From: Erysipelotrichaceae bacterium
GTDB lineage: Bacteria > Bacillota_I > Bacilli_A > RFN20 > DUOF01
Length of the DNA: 64,000 bases
Assembly: GCA_015058985.1 (NCBI GenBank)
Contig: SVBH01000004.1
Coordinates: 2,383 to 66,382 of the forward strand
Reading direction: 5' to 3'
Made by a program: the position numbers and the translations under genes. Below are positions 19,735 to 28,880 of this stretch, piece after piece (the stretch's first letter is position 1; each line of letters begins with the position of its first letter). Below the pieces are notes generated by a model. The model was not told where the DNA came from. It did no database searches and saw nothing but the letters and a program-made list of their open reading frames with translations.

Positions 19735-20361
19735 TTAAGATGTCTTTTCCTTGCACTTTTGAGAATAGTTATAAATTAAATTAGCTTCTTTTTCCATAAA
19801 CTTTGTAGAGAAGTCATCAAACTTAGAAAACCTTTCAATATCTTTTATAGTATTTCTAAGATTCTTTTCTGATACAACATAGTCATTAGGATTAGAAGTT
19901 AAAATGCTAGTTATAATGGCAGTATTACTAATGACAACCATATTAATAAAATTTTCTTTATCTATTTCTGTTAATTTAGAAACAATTTTCATTCTAGTAG
20001 AATTAGTTTTCAAAGGATTCTCAATATGAAATAATTTACTTCCTCGATAAAGTCTCCATTTTTCATCAATATCTTTTCCATCAACATCACCATGTAAAGT
20101 TCTTGCAGAAATCACATAAATATATTTATTAGAAAATAACAAATAGTCAACTTTAACATACTGAGTTTCGTTAAAATAAAGATGCAAATCATTCAAAAGA
20201 ATATAATCATTATCTTTTGCAATCTTTTTTAACTTTCTACCAATTCTTTTTTTTCTAGTTAAACAATAATAGAAGTAGATTAAACTATCGTAATATAACA
20301 TTACTAAAGTGAAAATTAATAAAAGAACAATAAACAAAAGACTAATAGGTCCTAATTTCAT
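19735..20361 (-). CDS. Membrane-anchored NERD (nuclease-related) domain protein
   Basis: N-terminal TM, 'ILLNDL', 'VDYLLFSNKYIYVI', 'NPLKTN'. Confidence 0.75.
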   Translation of the reverse strand: MKLGPISLLFIVLLLIFTLVMLYYDSLIYFYYCLTRKKRIGRKLKKIAKDNDYILLNDLHLYFNETQYVKVDYLLFSNKYIYVISARTLHGDVDGKDIDEKWRLYRGSKLFHIENPLKTNSTRMKIVSKLTEIDKENFINMVVISNTAIITSILTSNPNDYVVSEKNLRNTIKDIERFSKFDDFSTKFMEKEANLIYNYSQKCKEKTS

Positions 20362-20395
20362 TATCCATCACCACTAGTAATTATATCTTATAAAA

Positions 20396-21508
20396 TCATT
20401 TATTAAAACGAATATTTTTCAATATTTTCATATTATCATAATTAGTAATTTTCCTTTTTTCTTCCTGAAAATCAAGACGAGCTTGATCCATCATTAAATC
20501 TAATAATCTATCAAATCTAATGTCTTTATCTTCCCATAGATAAAAAGCTAAAGATCCAGGAATAGTATTAATTTCATTTAAAAACAATTTTTTAGTTTTT
20601 AAATCATATAAATAGTCAATTCTAACAACACCACGACATTCTAATAACCTATAAGCTGCTTTCGTAGTTTCTTTAATAACTTCTTCTAATTCATTATTTA
20701 TTTTCGCAGGAAGAATTCTTTTTACACATTCCATGCTTCCATTTTCATATTTATCCTTATAGCTTAAAATCTCATCGCTTTTTATTACTTCTTCAATATT
20801 TGAACACACTATTTCATTATTACACTTTAAAGCACTGCAATTAAACTCTTGAAAACGAGTTAAAGCACTTTCTAGTAAAATTTTATCATCATAACAAAAA
20901 GCAAGTTCAACAAAATTTTCTAGTTCATCTTCATCTTTTGCAATGTTGATTCCAATTGATGATCCAAGTGTCGCAGGTTTTACAATAATAGGATATTCTA
21001 AATTGACCTTACTTACATCAAAATCATCTTTATAGTAAAACTCATAATCTAAAACATTAAAATGGTTCTCATTTAAGATCATCTTGCTGAAAACCTTATC
21101 TTGACAAAGAGAAGCACTAGTTAAATATGATGTAGTATATGGAATATTTAAAGAAGATAGCAAGGCGCTAATATTTCCATCTTCAACCCCTTTACCATGA
21201 AAAATTGGTATAATTAAATCTATTTTTTTCTTTATATACTTAAGTTCATCTGAAATGATATATGTTTCATCGTTATTATATTTTAAAACTACTTTAGTGC
21301 ATTCTTTCTTTAATCTATCAATATCTAAATAATTGTTTTGATTTTCCAAATACTTACCATAATAAATCTTATTATCCTTAGTCATATACAAAAGTAAAAC
21401 CTCATATTTAGATTTATCTAATGCTTTAATAACTTGCATAGCAGTAATAATACTAATTTCATGTTCTAAACTATTACCACCAAAAAAAACACCTATTTTT
21501 TCTCTCAT
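20396..21508 (-). CDS. ddl: D-alanine--D-alanine ligase family
   Basis: 'FFGGNSLEHEIS', 'HGKGVEDG', 'VKPATLGSSIGI', 'RIDY', 'NEINTIPG'. Confidence 0.92.
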   Translation of the reverse strand: MREKIGVFFGGNSLEHEISIITAMQVIKALDKSKYEVLLLYMTKDNKIYYGKYLENQNNYLDIDRLKKECTKVVLKYNNDETYIISDELKYIKKKIDLIIPIFHGKGVEDGNISALLSSLNIPYTTSYLTSASLCQDKVFSKMILNENHFNVLDYEFYYKDDFDVSKVNLEYPIIVKPATLGSSIGINIAKDEDELENFVELAFCYDDKILLESALTRFQEFNCSALKCNNEIVCSNIEEVIKSDEILSYKDKYENGSMECVKRILPAKINNELEEVIKETTKAAYRLLECRGVVRIDYLYDLKTKKLFLNEINTIPGSLAFYLWEDKDIRFDRLLDLMMDQARLDFQEEKRKITNYDNMKILKNIRFNK

Positions 21509-21517
21509 ATTTTCTCC

Positions 21518-23101
21518 TTATTTAATGTATGAATCAGGTAAATCATTTTCAATTAAGACGACAACTCTATTCTCATTATACTTTTCTTTAACATACATTC
21601 TAGCATCCTTGAAACTATCAAATACTTTTATATTAGAAAACTCTAGTTCCTCTAATCCTTCTTCCATAGCTTTAATAACCTCATTCCTAATAAAAATAAC
21701 TTCATCTACACTATCTTTAATAAAAGGACACAATTGCTTATTTAAATTATAACTTTCCTCTCCTAGTTCTACCATTCCAGGTGTAATCAAAACCTTATAT
21801 TCTTTAAATCCTTTTATAATTTCTAAAGCATTCTTAAAACCAACAAAATTGCTATTATAAGAATCATCTAAGAAAGTTATATTATCTTCTTTTACAATCT
21901 CTAATCTATGTGGAATTGGCTTTAAAAACTTCAAAGATTTTACAATATTATTAATCTCTACCCCTAACTCCAATGCCAAAGCAATAGAAGCAATCGTATT
22001 CTCAATATTATGTCTTCCTATCAAAGGGATAGCTACTTTATAAACTTCATCTTTTAAACATAAATCAAATTTACTTCCTTCGCTATTGAACTTAATATTT
22101 TTAGCCATTACATCAGCTTCTTTTTCAATTCCAAAAGTTACAATCTTAGCTTTGATATTAGCAAAATTTATTTGCGAAATATATTCATTATCATTATTTA
22201 AAACGACAACACCAGTTTGATCAATCGCATAAGCTAACTTCATCTTTTCTTTTAAAACATTCTCGACACTCTTAAAAGTCGCTAAATGCATATTACCTAT
22301 ATTATTAATAATGGCATATTTAGGTTTTAAAAACTTCAAATGCTTTTCCATACCACCTAAAGAATCAACACCCATTTCAGCTATAAAAACTTGTGTTAAT
22401 CTATTAAGTTCTTCATTCACCGTTTTACTTATCCCATTCACCGTATTAAAAGACTTTGGAGTAGCCACAACTTGATATCTACTAGACAAAATATTATACA
22501 GTATGTTTTTAGTAGTGGTTTTTCCATAACTTCCTGTAATACCAATTATTTTTAAATCAGGTATCTCTTTAATCTTATTTTTTGCTTTATTCAAATATTT
22601 TCTTTTAATACTTATTTCAACAGGAAAAGATAGAGTGTTAGAAATAATCACAATAACAGGTAACACTAAAGACAATATAAAAAGTGTAAACAAATAATTT
22701 GTTATTTCTGCAAAAGGCATTTTAAGTCCTAAAAACAAAATACTTTCAAGTATTAGCAAAACAACAAAATACAATCTTTTAATTCTAGGAGTAATTTTCA
22801 AAGGAACAATTATAAACTTATTTTCCCTATTTATATAAAAATAACTAATCATCAACATAAAAATGGTTAACATCGCAGAACTAGGACTCAACAAAGTAAT
22901 AAGAGCAATTCCCAAACAAAATATAATTCCTAAAAAAGCCATTTTTTTATAATACTTTTCACTATTAAAATTGCTTTTTAAAACCTTTATTAATCTTCCA
23001 TTAGAATAATAATGCTGTTGCAAAATATTAAATAAATAATTAATATGTGTAACCCATATTAAAGGACTTAAAATCAAAATAATAACCATCAAGTTAGTCA
23101 T
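21518..23101 (-). CDS. murF: MurF-type Mur ligase with an N-terminal TM extension
   Basis: 'GITGSYGKTTTK', 'SFNT', 'AEMG', 'DDSYNSN', 'PGMVELG'; ~160-aa hydrophobic N-terminus. Confidence 0.85.
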   Translation of the reverse strand: MTNLMVIILILSPLIWVTHINYLFNILQQHYYSNGRLIKVLKSNFNSEKYYKKMAFLGIIFCLGIALITLLSPSSAMLTIFMLMISYFYINRENKFIIVPLKITPRIKRLYFVVLLILESILFLGLKMPFAEITNYLFTLFILSLVLPVIVIISNTLSFPVEISIKRKYLNKAKNKIKEIPDLKIIGITGSYGKTTTKNILYNILSSRYQVVATPKSFNTVNGISKTVNEELNRLTQVFIAEMGVDSLGGMEKHLKFLKPKYAIINNIGNMHLATFKSVENVLKEKMKLAYAIDQTGVVVLNNDNEYISQINFANIKAKIVTFGIEKEADVMAKNIKFNSEGSKFDLCLKDEVYKVAIPLIGRHNIENTIASIALALELGVEINNIVKSLKFLKPIPHRLEIVKEDNITFLDDSYNSNFVGFKNALEIIKGFKEYKVLITPGMVELGEESYNLNKQLCPFIKDSVDEVIFIRNEVIKAMEEGLEELEFSNIKVFDSFKDARMYVKEKYNENRVVVLIENDLPDSYIK

Positions 23102-23813
23102 CTAAAAATTCCTCCAAAGCATTGATAAAGTGATATTTGTTATCTTTGAAAGCAAAATGATTACCCTCAATAGTTATCAATTTACAATTAGGAATTTTCC
23201 TTTCAATTTTCCTACCCATATATAAAGGAGTAGTTTTGTCCTCTTTTCCCCAATAAAGTAAAGTATCATTATCAATATTGTACAAATCCTTATCATAATA
23301 AGTATTAACAGATTTAACCAATATCTCTCTTAATACACCTTCACTATTCTTATAGTCCTTACTACCTATCTTCTTATCTAGATAATTTTTCAGTTTTGGT
23401 ATCTTTTTACCCAATTTATATAAACCAACTTTACCATAATAAATAGGTCCATGAATTGGCTTTACAATACTTGGTGAACATAAAATTAATTTAAGATGTC
23501 CATTATATCTTAAACAATAATTAGTTGCGACCTTACCACCAAAAGAATGACCAATAATTGCTTTTACATTCAATTTGTTTTTCAAAATAAATTCATTTAA
23601 AAGATCTCCATAATCATCAATAGATAAAGCCTTTTCAGGAAATTTTGAATTTCCAAATCCTGGCAAATCTAACATTAAACAAGTATATTTCTTCTTTAAA
23701 TAATAACTTATATCCTTAAAACTTTTTTTGTCCTGTCCCCAACCATGTAAAAAAATAATATATGGTCCTCTACCTTCAATAAAATAATCTATATCCTCTA
23801 TTTTATATTCCAT
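23094..23813 (-). CDS. Alpha/beta hydrolase
   Basis: 'LHGWG', 'DLPGFG', 'GHSFGG', 'WGKEDKTTP', 'GNHF'. Confidence 0.92.
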   Translation of the reverse strand: MEYKIEDIDYFIEGRGPYIIFLHGWGQDKKSFKDISYYLKKKYTCLMLDLPGFGNSKFPEKALSIDDYGDLLNEFILKNKLNVKAIIGHSFGGKVATNYCLRYNGHLKLILCSPSIVKPIHGPIYYGKVGLYKLGKKIPKLKNYLDKKIGSKDYKNSEGVLREILVKSVNTYYDKDLYNIDNDTLLYWGKEDKTTPLYMGRKIERKIPNCKLITIEGNHFAFKDNKYHFINALEEFLDD

Positions 23814-23831
23814 TTTTATCTCCTCGTTTTA

Positions 23832-23859
23832 AAGATATGCTAATATTTAATAAAAATGA
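23832..23859 (-). promoter_or_regulatory. sigmaE-like promoter for hydrolase-murF-ddl
   Basis: TCATTTT-13 nt-CATATCTT; same -35 as the yunB promoter. Confidence 0.35.
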
Positions 23860-23866
23860 TAATTTA

Positions 23867-23895
23867 TTGCAAACACATATATTTAAATATATAAT
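23867..23895 (+). promoter_or_regulatory. sigmaA promoter for nfeD-SPFH
   Basis: TTGCAA-17-TATAAT. Confidence 0.7.
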
Positions 23896-23922
23896 TTTAA
23901 TTAACAAGAGGAGGTTGAAAAA

Positions 23923-24366
23923 ATGGGAGAAATTATGCCTTGGATTTGGCTTGGTGTCATTATCTTCACAGTTGTCTATGAATTCCTAACATACGATTTA
24001 GAGAGTATTTGGTTCACAGTAGGAGCAGTAGTTGCTCTATTATTATCTTTCTTTGAGAAAATATTTGAACCATGGGTACAATTATTAGTATTTGGAGGTG
24101 TTTCAGTTATAATGCTCATAACACTAAGAAAATGGACTAGAAAAATTGTATCTTCTGAATTTATTCCTACTAATGCTGATTCTTTAATAGGAAAAGAAAT
24201 AACTATAGGAAATGTTTCTAGTAAGAATCAAGCAGAAGCAAAAGTAAATGGGGTTACTTGGTCAATTGAAGAAGAACATAAAGCAAAATTAGAAGAAGGA
24301 CAAACCGTTGTTATCAAAAGAATTGAAGGAAACAAACTAATTGTTGAAAAGGAGGAACAAAAGTAA
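23923..24366 (+). CDS. NfeD family membrane protein
   Basis: Three TM helices, then 'TNADSLIG', 'VNGVTW', 'IEGNKLIV'; upstream of an SPFH gene. Confidence 0.9.
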   Translation: MGEIMPWIWLGVIIFTVVYEFLTYDLESIWFTVGAVVALLLSFFEKIFEPWVQLLVFGGVSVIMLITLRKWTRKIVSSEFIPTNADSLIGKEITIGNVSSKNQAEAKVNGVTWSIEEEHKAKLEEGQTVVIKRIEGNKLIVEKEEQK

Positions 24367-25298
24367 TGTTTTTAGTTAATATAGGATCAATTGTTATTAT
24401 CGTAATCATTTTACTACTCGTTGTTATAGTAGGATCACAATCCTTAAAAATCGTTTCTCAATCTAATAGTTACATCATTGAGAATATGGGGAAATTTAAA
24501 AAGATTTTAGGACCTGGTCCTCACTTTATAATTCCTTTCTTCGACAGAGTTAGATCAAAAATATCTATAAAAGAAAGAGTATGCGACTTTGCACCTCAAC
24601 CTGTTATTACAAAAGATAATGTAACTATCCAAATCGATAGTGTCGTTTATTTCTTTGTATCAGATCCAAAACTATACACATATGGAATCCAAAATCCATT
24701 GAGTGCAGTTGAAAATTTAACGGCAACTACACTTCGTAACATCATTGGTGAACTTGACTTAGACCAAACACTTACATCTAGAGATGTTATTAACTCTAAA
24801 ATGAGAGCAATTATCGACGAAGCTACTGATGCTTGGGGAATTAAAGTTACAAGAGTGGAACTTAAAAACATCATTCCACCTAGATCAATTCAAGAAGCTA
24901 TGGAAAAACAAATGAAAGCTGAAAGAGAAAGAAGAGAATCTATTCTTAAAGCTGAAGGAGAAAAAAGAAGTACTATCTTAGTTGCTGAAGGAGAAAAAGA
25001 ATCAGCAATACTAAGAGCAGAAGCAAAAAAAGCCGCTATTATAGCAGAGGCAGAGGGAAAAGCAGCTGCAATTGCAGCAACATATAAAGCCCAAGCAGAT
25101 GGTATTAGAGCAATAAGAGAAGCTCAACCTGACCAAGCTTATGTAGCTTTGAAAGGATTAGAAGCATTGGAAAAATTAGGGTCTAGTGAATCTACTAAAT
25201 TAATTATCCCTTCCAACTTACAAGATGTTGCTACTATTACTTCTACTATTATGGAAGTAGCTAAAACTGATAAAAAGAATGACAAAAAGACCAATTAA
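24366..25298 (+). CDS. SPFH / band 7 (QmcA-like) protein
   Basis: 'PQPVITKDNV', 'TTLRNIIGELDLDQTLTSRD', 'QMKAERERR'. Confidence 0.95.
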   Translation: MFLVNIGSIVIIVIILLLVVIVGSQSLKIVSQSNSYIIENMGKFKKILGPGPHFIIPFFDRVRSKISIKERVCDFAPQPVITKDNVTIQIDSVVYFFVSDPKLYTYGIQNPLSAVENLTATTLRNIIGELDLDQTLTSRDVINSKMRAIIDEATDAWGIKVTRVELKNIIPPRSIQEAMEKQMKAERERRESILKAEGEKRSTILVAEGEKESAILRAEAKKAAIIAEAEGKAAAIAATYKAQADGIRAIREAQPDQAYVALKGLEALEKLGSSESTKLIIPSNLQDVATITSTIMEVAKTDKKNDKKTN

Positions 25299-25313
25299 TT
25301 TGGTCTTTTTTTT
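25284..25313 (+). terminator. Intrinsic terminator overlapping the stop codon
   Basis: aaaaagaccaa-ttaat-ttggtcttttt. Confidence 0.75.
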
Positions 25314-25353
25314 ACGAAAAATAAATAACAGATTTTTATTTAAATCTATTATT

Positions 25354-25362
25354 TGGTATAAT
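25354..25362 (+). promoter_or_regulatory. Extended -10 promoter
   Basis: TGGTATAAT shortly before the GAGGTG RBS of the HExxH gene. Confidence 0.55.
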
Positions 25363-25383
25363 TAAACAAAGAGGTGTTCCATT

Positions 25384-27222
25384 ATGCCAAAAAACAATGA
25401 AAAAGTATTCAACGAAGAACTAATCCAATCAATAGCAACTAAATACTCAAAAGATTTTTATGAACTATCCTCAAAAAAAATGAATATTAAAAAAGCTACT
25501 CTTTTCTCTAAAAGATTTGTTGCAGACCTTTTTAATGTCTATTTCGAAGTAAAAGACCTAAACAAAAATAGTAATAATTCTAGTATTAAAGGTGGCTACA
25601 ATGACATAATGAAAACAATATTTATTGATGAATCACATTTTAAACATATTGTAACATCTGGCGATTTAGTAGAATTTTTAATTACTACTTTTCATGAAGG
25701 AACCCACTCTATTCAGGGATATGATAAAGAAGAAATGCTTCATTCCAAAGAAGGTATTTACAACATTGATTCTATAAAATACATATTAAAAACTAATAAT
25801 CCCCAATTCTATGAATCCTTGAAAAATGATCCTCAATTTGATATGAAACTTGAAGCTACAAAAGGACTAAGTTACCTTGAAAAACCAATTGAGAAAGAAG
25901 CAAGAGAAACATCATACATCAACGTCAAAAATCTATTCTCATTCTATAAAAACACTTTTGATATAAAATGGTATGAAAACCTTGGAAATCAAACTCCTAT
26001 GAGTAACGAAGAAAATAGATATTACTTTGATGCTATGACCTCTTTTGCAAATAAGGAAATGGCACGAATTGATGTGGTTAACTCCGCTTACGAAAACTTT
26101 GATAAATATTTTGCCTTTGCAGGAGACATCTATAAGCAAGTATTATCGATAGTTGATAATTTAGATATCAATAAATTTTCAGACGACTTAATCAAATTTC
26201 ACATTTTTAAAAATGAATTTCCTAATCTTGATGCAATCATAACAAAAAGTCCTTATGATAATATCTCACAAGAAATATTTGATAAAAATAAAAAAACAAT
26301 TTTGAACTTTTTACAAAAAAAATTTATTAATGCGAATATACTAAAAGACGTAAATGATTCAACAAATTTACAATCGAACATATATCAAGATATACTATCT
26401 AAACTACCTGACGAAAAATTAAATCAAATTATTCAAAACACTAAAAACATGCCTTTTATCTTCAATCCTACTAATTCTGTCTATTTTTCAATAGAAGCTT
26501 CCAAATTGAAAAAAGATATTTTTATAAAACTATTAAAAGAAGGAAAAGGTAATCTTTTAGCACATGATATTAATCTTTTTTCATCTGCTTACAGCATGGA
26601 TATTATCAAAGATGCCCTTCCTATTGCATTAAAAACAGGACAATATGAGGTAGCTGAAAAAATGCACAAAACATTAAAAAATAAAATTTCTTCATCTTTG
26701 ACTTTAAAAAATTATTTATCATTAGAACAGACAAATGAATTAATAAAATTGCTAAAGATAGAGAAAAAAATAAAGAATCAAATAATTAAATCTGCAAAAT
26801 ATGAATTATCAAGAGGTTTTCTATCAAAAGAAAAATCTAAATCACTTTATTTAGGCGACATAAATTCTCTTTTTGATGACTTGCTTGATGATTATGATTC
26901 AGACAAAAAATTTGCTAAATCTAGTCGTGAATTATTAAATGAATATAACAAATTATATCAATCAAATATTTATACTAGTACATATAATAAACATAAAAAA
27001 TTGGGCGATTATTCTAATAATGCAATATCAAAAGATGAAGCTTTTAGAAAATATGGATTTCATTCTGATAAAGACACAGCAATAATAAAAACATTCTTAT
27101 CATGGCTGAGTTTTCCTGATCCTGAAAAACCTGTTACAGAAGAATTCTTAACATCTTTATATAACAACGTTACTAGAGATCATAACGATGATTATACAGA
27201 AGAAATAAAAAGGGATATTTAA
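25384..27222 (+). CDS. Orphan protein with an N-terminal zincin-like HExxH metallopeptidase motif
   Basis: 'TTFHEGTHSIQ' and downstream 'YLEKPIEKEARE' (third-ligand Glu pattern); no signal peptide. Confidence 0.6.
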   Translation: MPKNNEKVFNEELIQSIATKYSKDFYELSSKKMNIKKATLFSKRFVADLFNVYFEVKDLNKNSNNSSIKGGYNDIMKTIFIDESHFKHIVTSGDLVEFLITTFHEGTHSIQGYDKEEMLHSKEGIYNIDSIKYILKTNNPQFYESLKNDPQFDMKLEATKGLSYLEKPIEKEARETSYINVKNLFSFYKNTFDIKWYENLGNQTPMSNEENRYYFDAMTSFANKEMARIDVVNSAYENFDKYFAFAGDIYKQVLSIVDNLDINKFSDDLIKFHIFKNEFPNLDAIITKSPYDNISQEIFDKNKKTILNFLQKKFINANILKDVNDSTNLQSNIYQDILSKLPDEKLNQIIQNTKNMPFIFNPTNSVYFSIEASKLKKDIFIKLLKEGKGNLLAHDINLFSSAYSMDIIKDALPIALKTGQYEVAEKMHKTLKNKISSSLTLKNYLSLEQTNELIKLLKIEKKIKNQIIKSAKYELSRGFLSKEKSKSLYLGDINSLFDDLLDDYDSDKKFAKSSRELLNEYNKLYQSNIYTSTYNKHKKLGDYSNNAISKDEAFRKYGFHSDKDTAIIKTFLSWLSFPDPEKPVTEEFLTSLYNNVTRDHNDDYTEEIKRDI

Positions 27223-27251
27223 AAAAGTAGATTTTCTCAATCTACTTTTTT
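27221..27251. terminator. Bidirectional terminator between convergent orphan genes
   Basis: aaaaaagtagatt-ttctc-aatctactttttt. Confidence 0.8.
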
Positions 27252-28774
27252 CTTGATACCAAATAATCATACAAGATTTTTTCAAAGGTTACACCATAAG
27301 TGGCCTCAACATTTTTATTACTCATAAAGAAAATTTGATTTAACTTATCATCTTCTATAATAGGAATATTCTTATCTTTTAAAAACTTTATTTTTGCTTT
27401 AACTTCTCTAACAGGTAATCTACTTAAAACATTAACATATATAGGAGCAATTTCATTTTTTTCACAAACTTTTCCCATCTTCTCTTTATTAGAATCAGGA
27501 TAAAATACCATCCCTATTGTTTTTAAAGAAACTATTCTATTATCCGTTAAACCATAATTATCGTGTGATCTTCTTTGACCTTCAATCCATAAACCCAAAT
27601 CAAAACCATCTGCAACTTCATTAACACCATCATTGGTTTTAAATCCAACAGGAATATCTAAATGATTATAATAGTCTCTGTAATTGCATGCTAATTGATA
27701 AGCCTCATTCCAACTAACTTTTGATCTAGCTTTTTGTCTTTCAGCTTCCCAAACCATTCCTATTTCGAGAAGTTTTTCAATTTGTTCTTCAGTCAATAAA
27801 CCTTTTTTATATTTAACTCTTTGATTTATAATCCAAGCTCCCAACTTGAAATTATCACTATTTGCATAATCATATTTGACATTTAAATTACCATTTTCTC
27901 TGTAATATTTACTAGCATGTTCATAGCCATTTTTCCATGCTAATTCAGACTTAACTGCTACTTTTTCAGCATTAGGAGTACTATCCCAAATCATTCCAAT
28001 TTTTTCTAATTTTTCTTTTTCCTTAACACTTAGAGGTTTCAAACTCTTAGTAGTTCCTCTTTCTCTATTTCTTTGAATTTTAACCCAACTACCTAAATTA
28101 ATTCCATCCTCATCATAATTAACGCCATCTTTGGTTTTAAAATTATTAGGAATGTTTAAATCGCCAAATTCCTTAAAATATGCACTTGCTAGTTCATATT
28201 TGTGTTGCCATTGCTTTAAATTATATAAACTAGCTGTATCTAATTCAGTTTTATCCCAGTCTATATCTAACTTTTCTAATAATTGAATGTATTCTAAAGG
28301 TAAAGTTTTTCCACCCTCAGGATATTTACGATGAATCTTCTTTTGGGTTTCCAACCATGTAAACAAATTTTCTCCCTTGCTATCATAATTAACACCATCT
28401 TTAGTTTTGAAACCTTTATTCATATATAAATGGCCATATTTATCATAATAAGATTGACAAAGTTGATATTTTAAAGCCCATTTATCAGGATTTTGGGTCC
28501 ATTCATTAGCTTCTTTTAATCTCCATATCATTCCAATACTATTTAACATATCAATTTGAGGCAATGTAATAGCATAATCAGAAGGCACACCTTTTTCTTT
28601 ATCTCTATAAGCTTCTCTTTGCTTACGAATCCATCTACCTAATTTATATCCTTCTTCATTGAAATGAATTCCATCTTTAGTTCTAAAACTATAAGGGACT
28701 TTCAAATTACCATAATATTCATAATATCTTTTAGCTAATTCATATTTTTGCATCCACAATTTGTAGTTAATCAT
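27242..28774 (-). CDS. Helicase-associated (HA, PF03457-like) repeat protein, five repeats, no helicase core
   Basis: Five copies of W..kY.la..Yy..yG.L.ip....dG..LG.Wi..Qr...L..iGm.W; start moved to 28774 (RBS GGGTGA). Confidence 0.85.
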   Translation of the reverse strand: MINYKLWMQKYELAKRYYEYYGNLKVPYSFRTKDGIHFNEEGYKLGRWIRKQREAYRDKEKGVPSDYAITLPQIDMLNSIGMIWRLKEANEWTQNPDKWALKYQLCQSYYDKYGHLYMNKGFKTKDGVNYDSKGENLFTWLETQKKIHRKYPEGGKTLPLEYIQLLEKLDIDWDKTELDTASLYNLKQWQHKYELASAYFKEFGDLNIPNNFKTKDGVNYDEDGINLGSWVKIQRNRERGTTKSLKPLSVKEKEKLEKIGMIWDSTPNAEKVAVKSELAWKNGYEHASKYYRENGNLNVKYDYANSDNFKLGAWIINQRVKYKKGLLTEEQIEKLLEIGMVWEAERQKARSKVSWNEAYQLACNYRDYYNHLDIPVGFKTNDGVNEVADGFDLGLWIEGQRRSHDNYGLTDNRIVSLKTIGMVFYPDSNKEKMGKVCEKNEIAPIYVNVLSRLPVREVKAKIKFLKDKNIPIIEDDKLNQIFFMSNKNVEATYGVTFEKILYDYLVSRKK

Positions 28775-28880
28775 TTTTATCACCCACAGACAAAAATATA
28801 ACACATTTATATTTATAAATGTCTCTATATTCTAATAGTTGTTGAAAATTTGAATTAAAAAAGATACTTTTGCAAGTATC

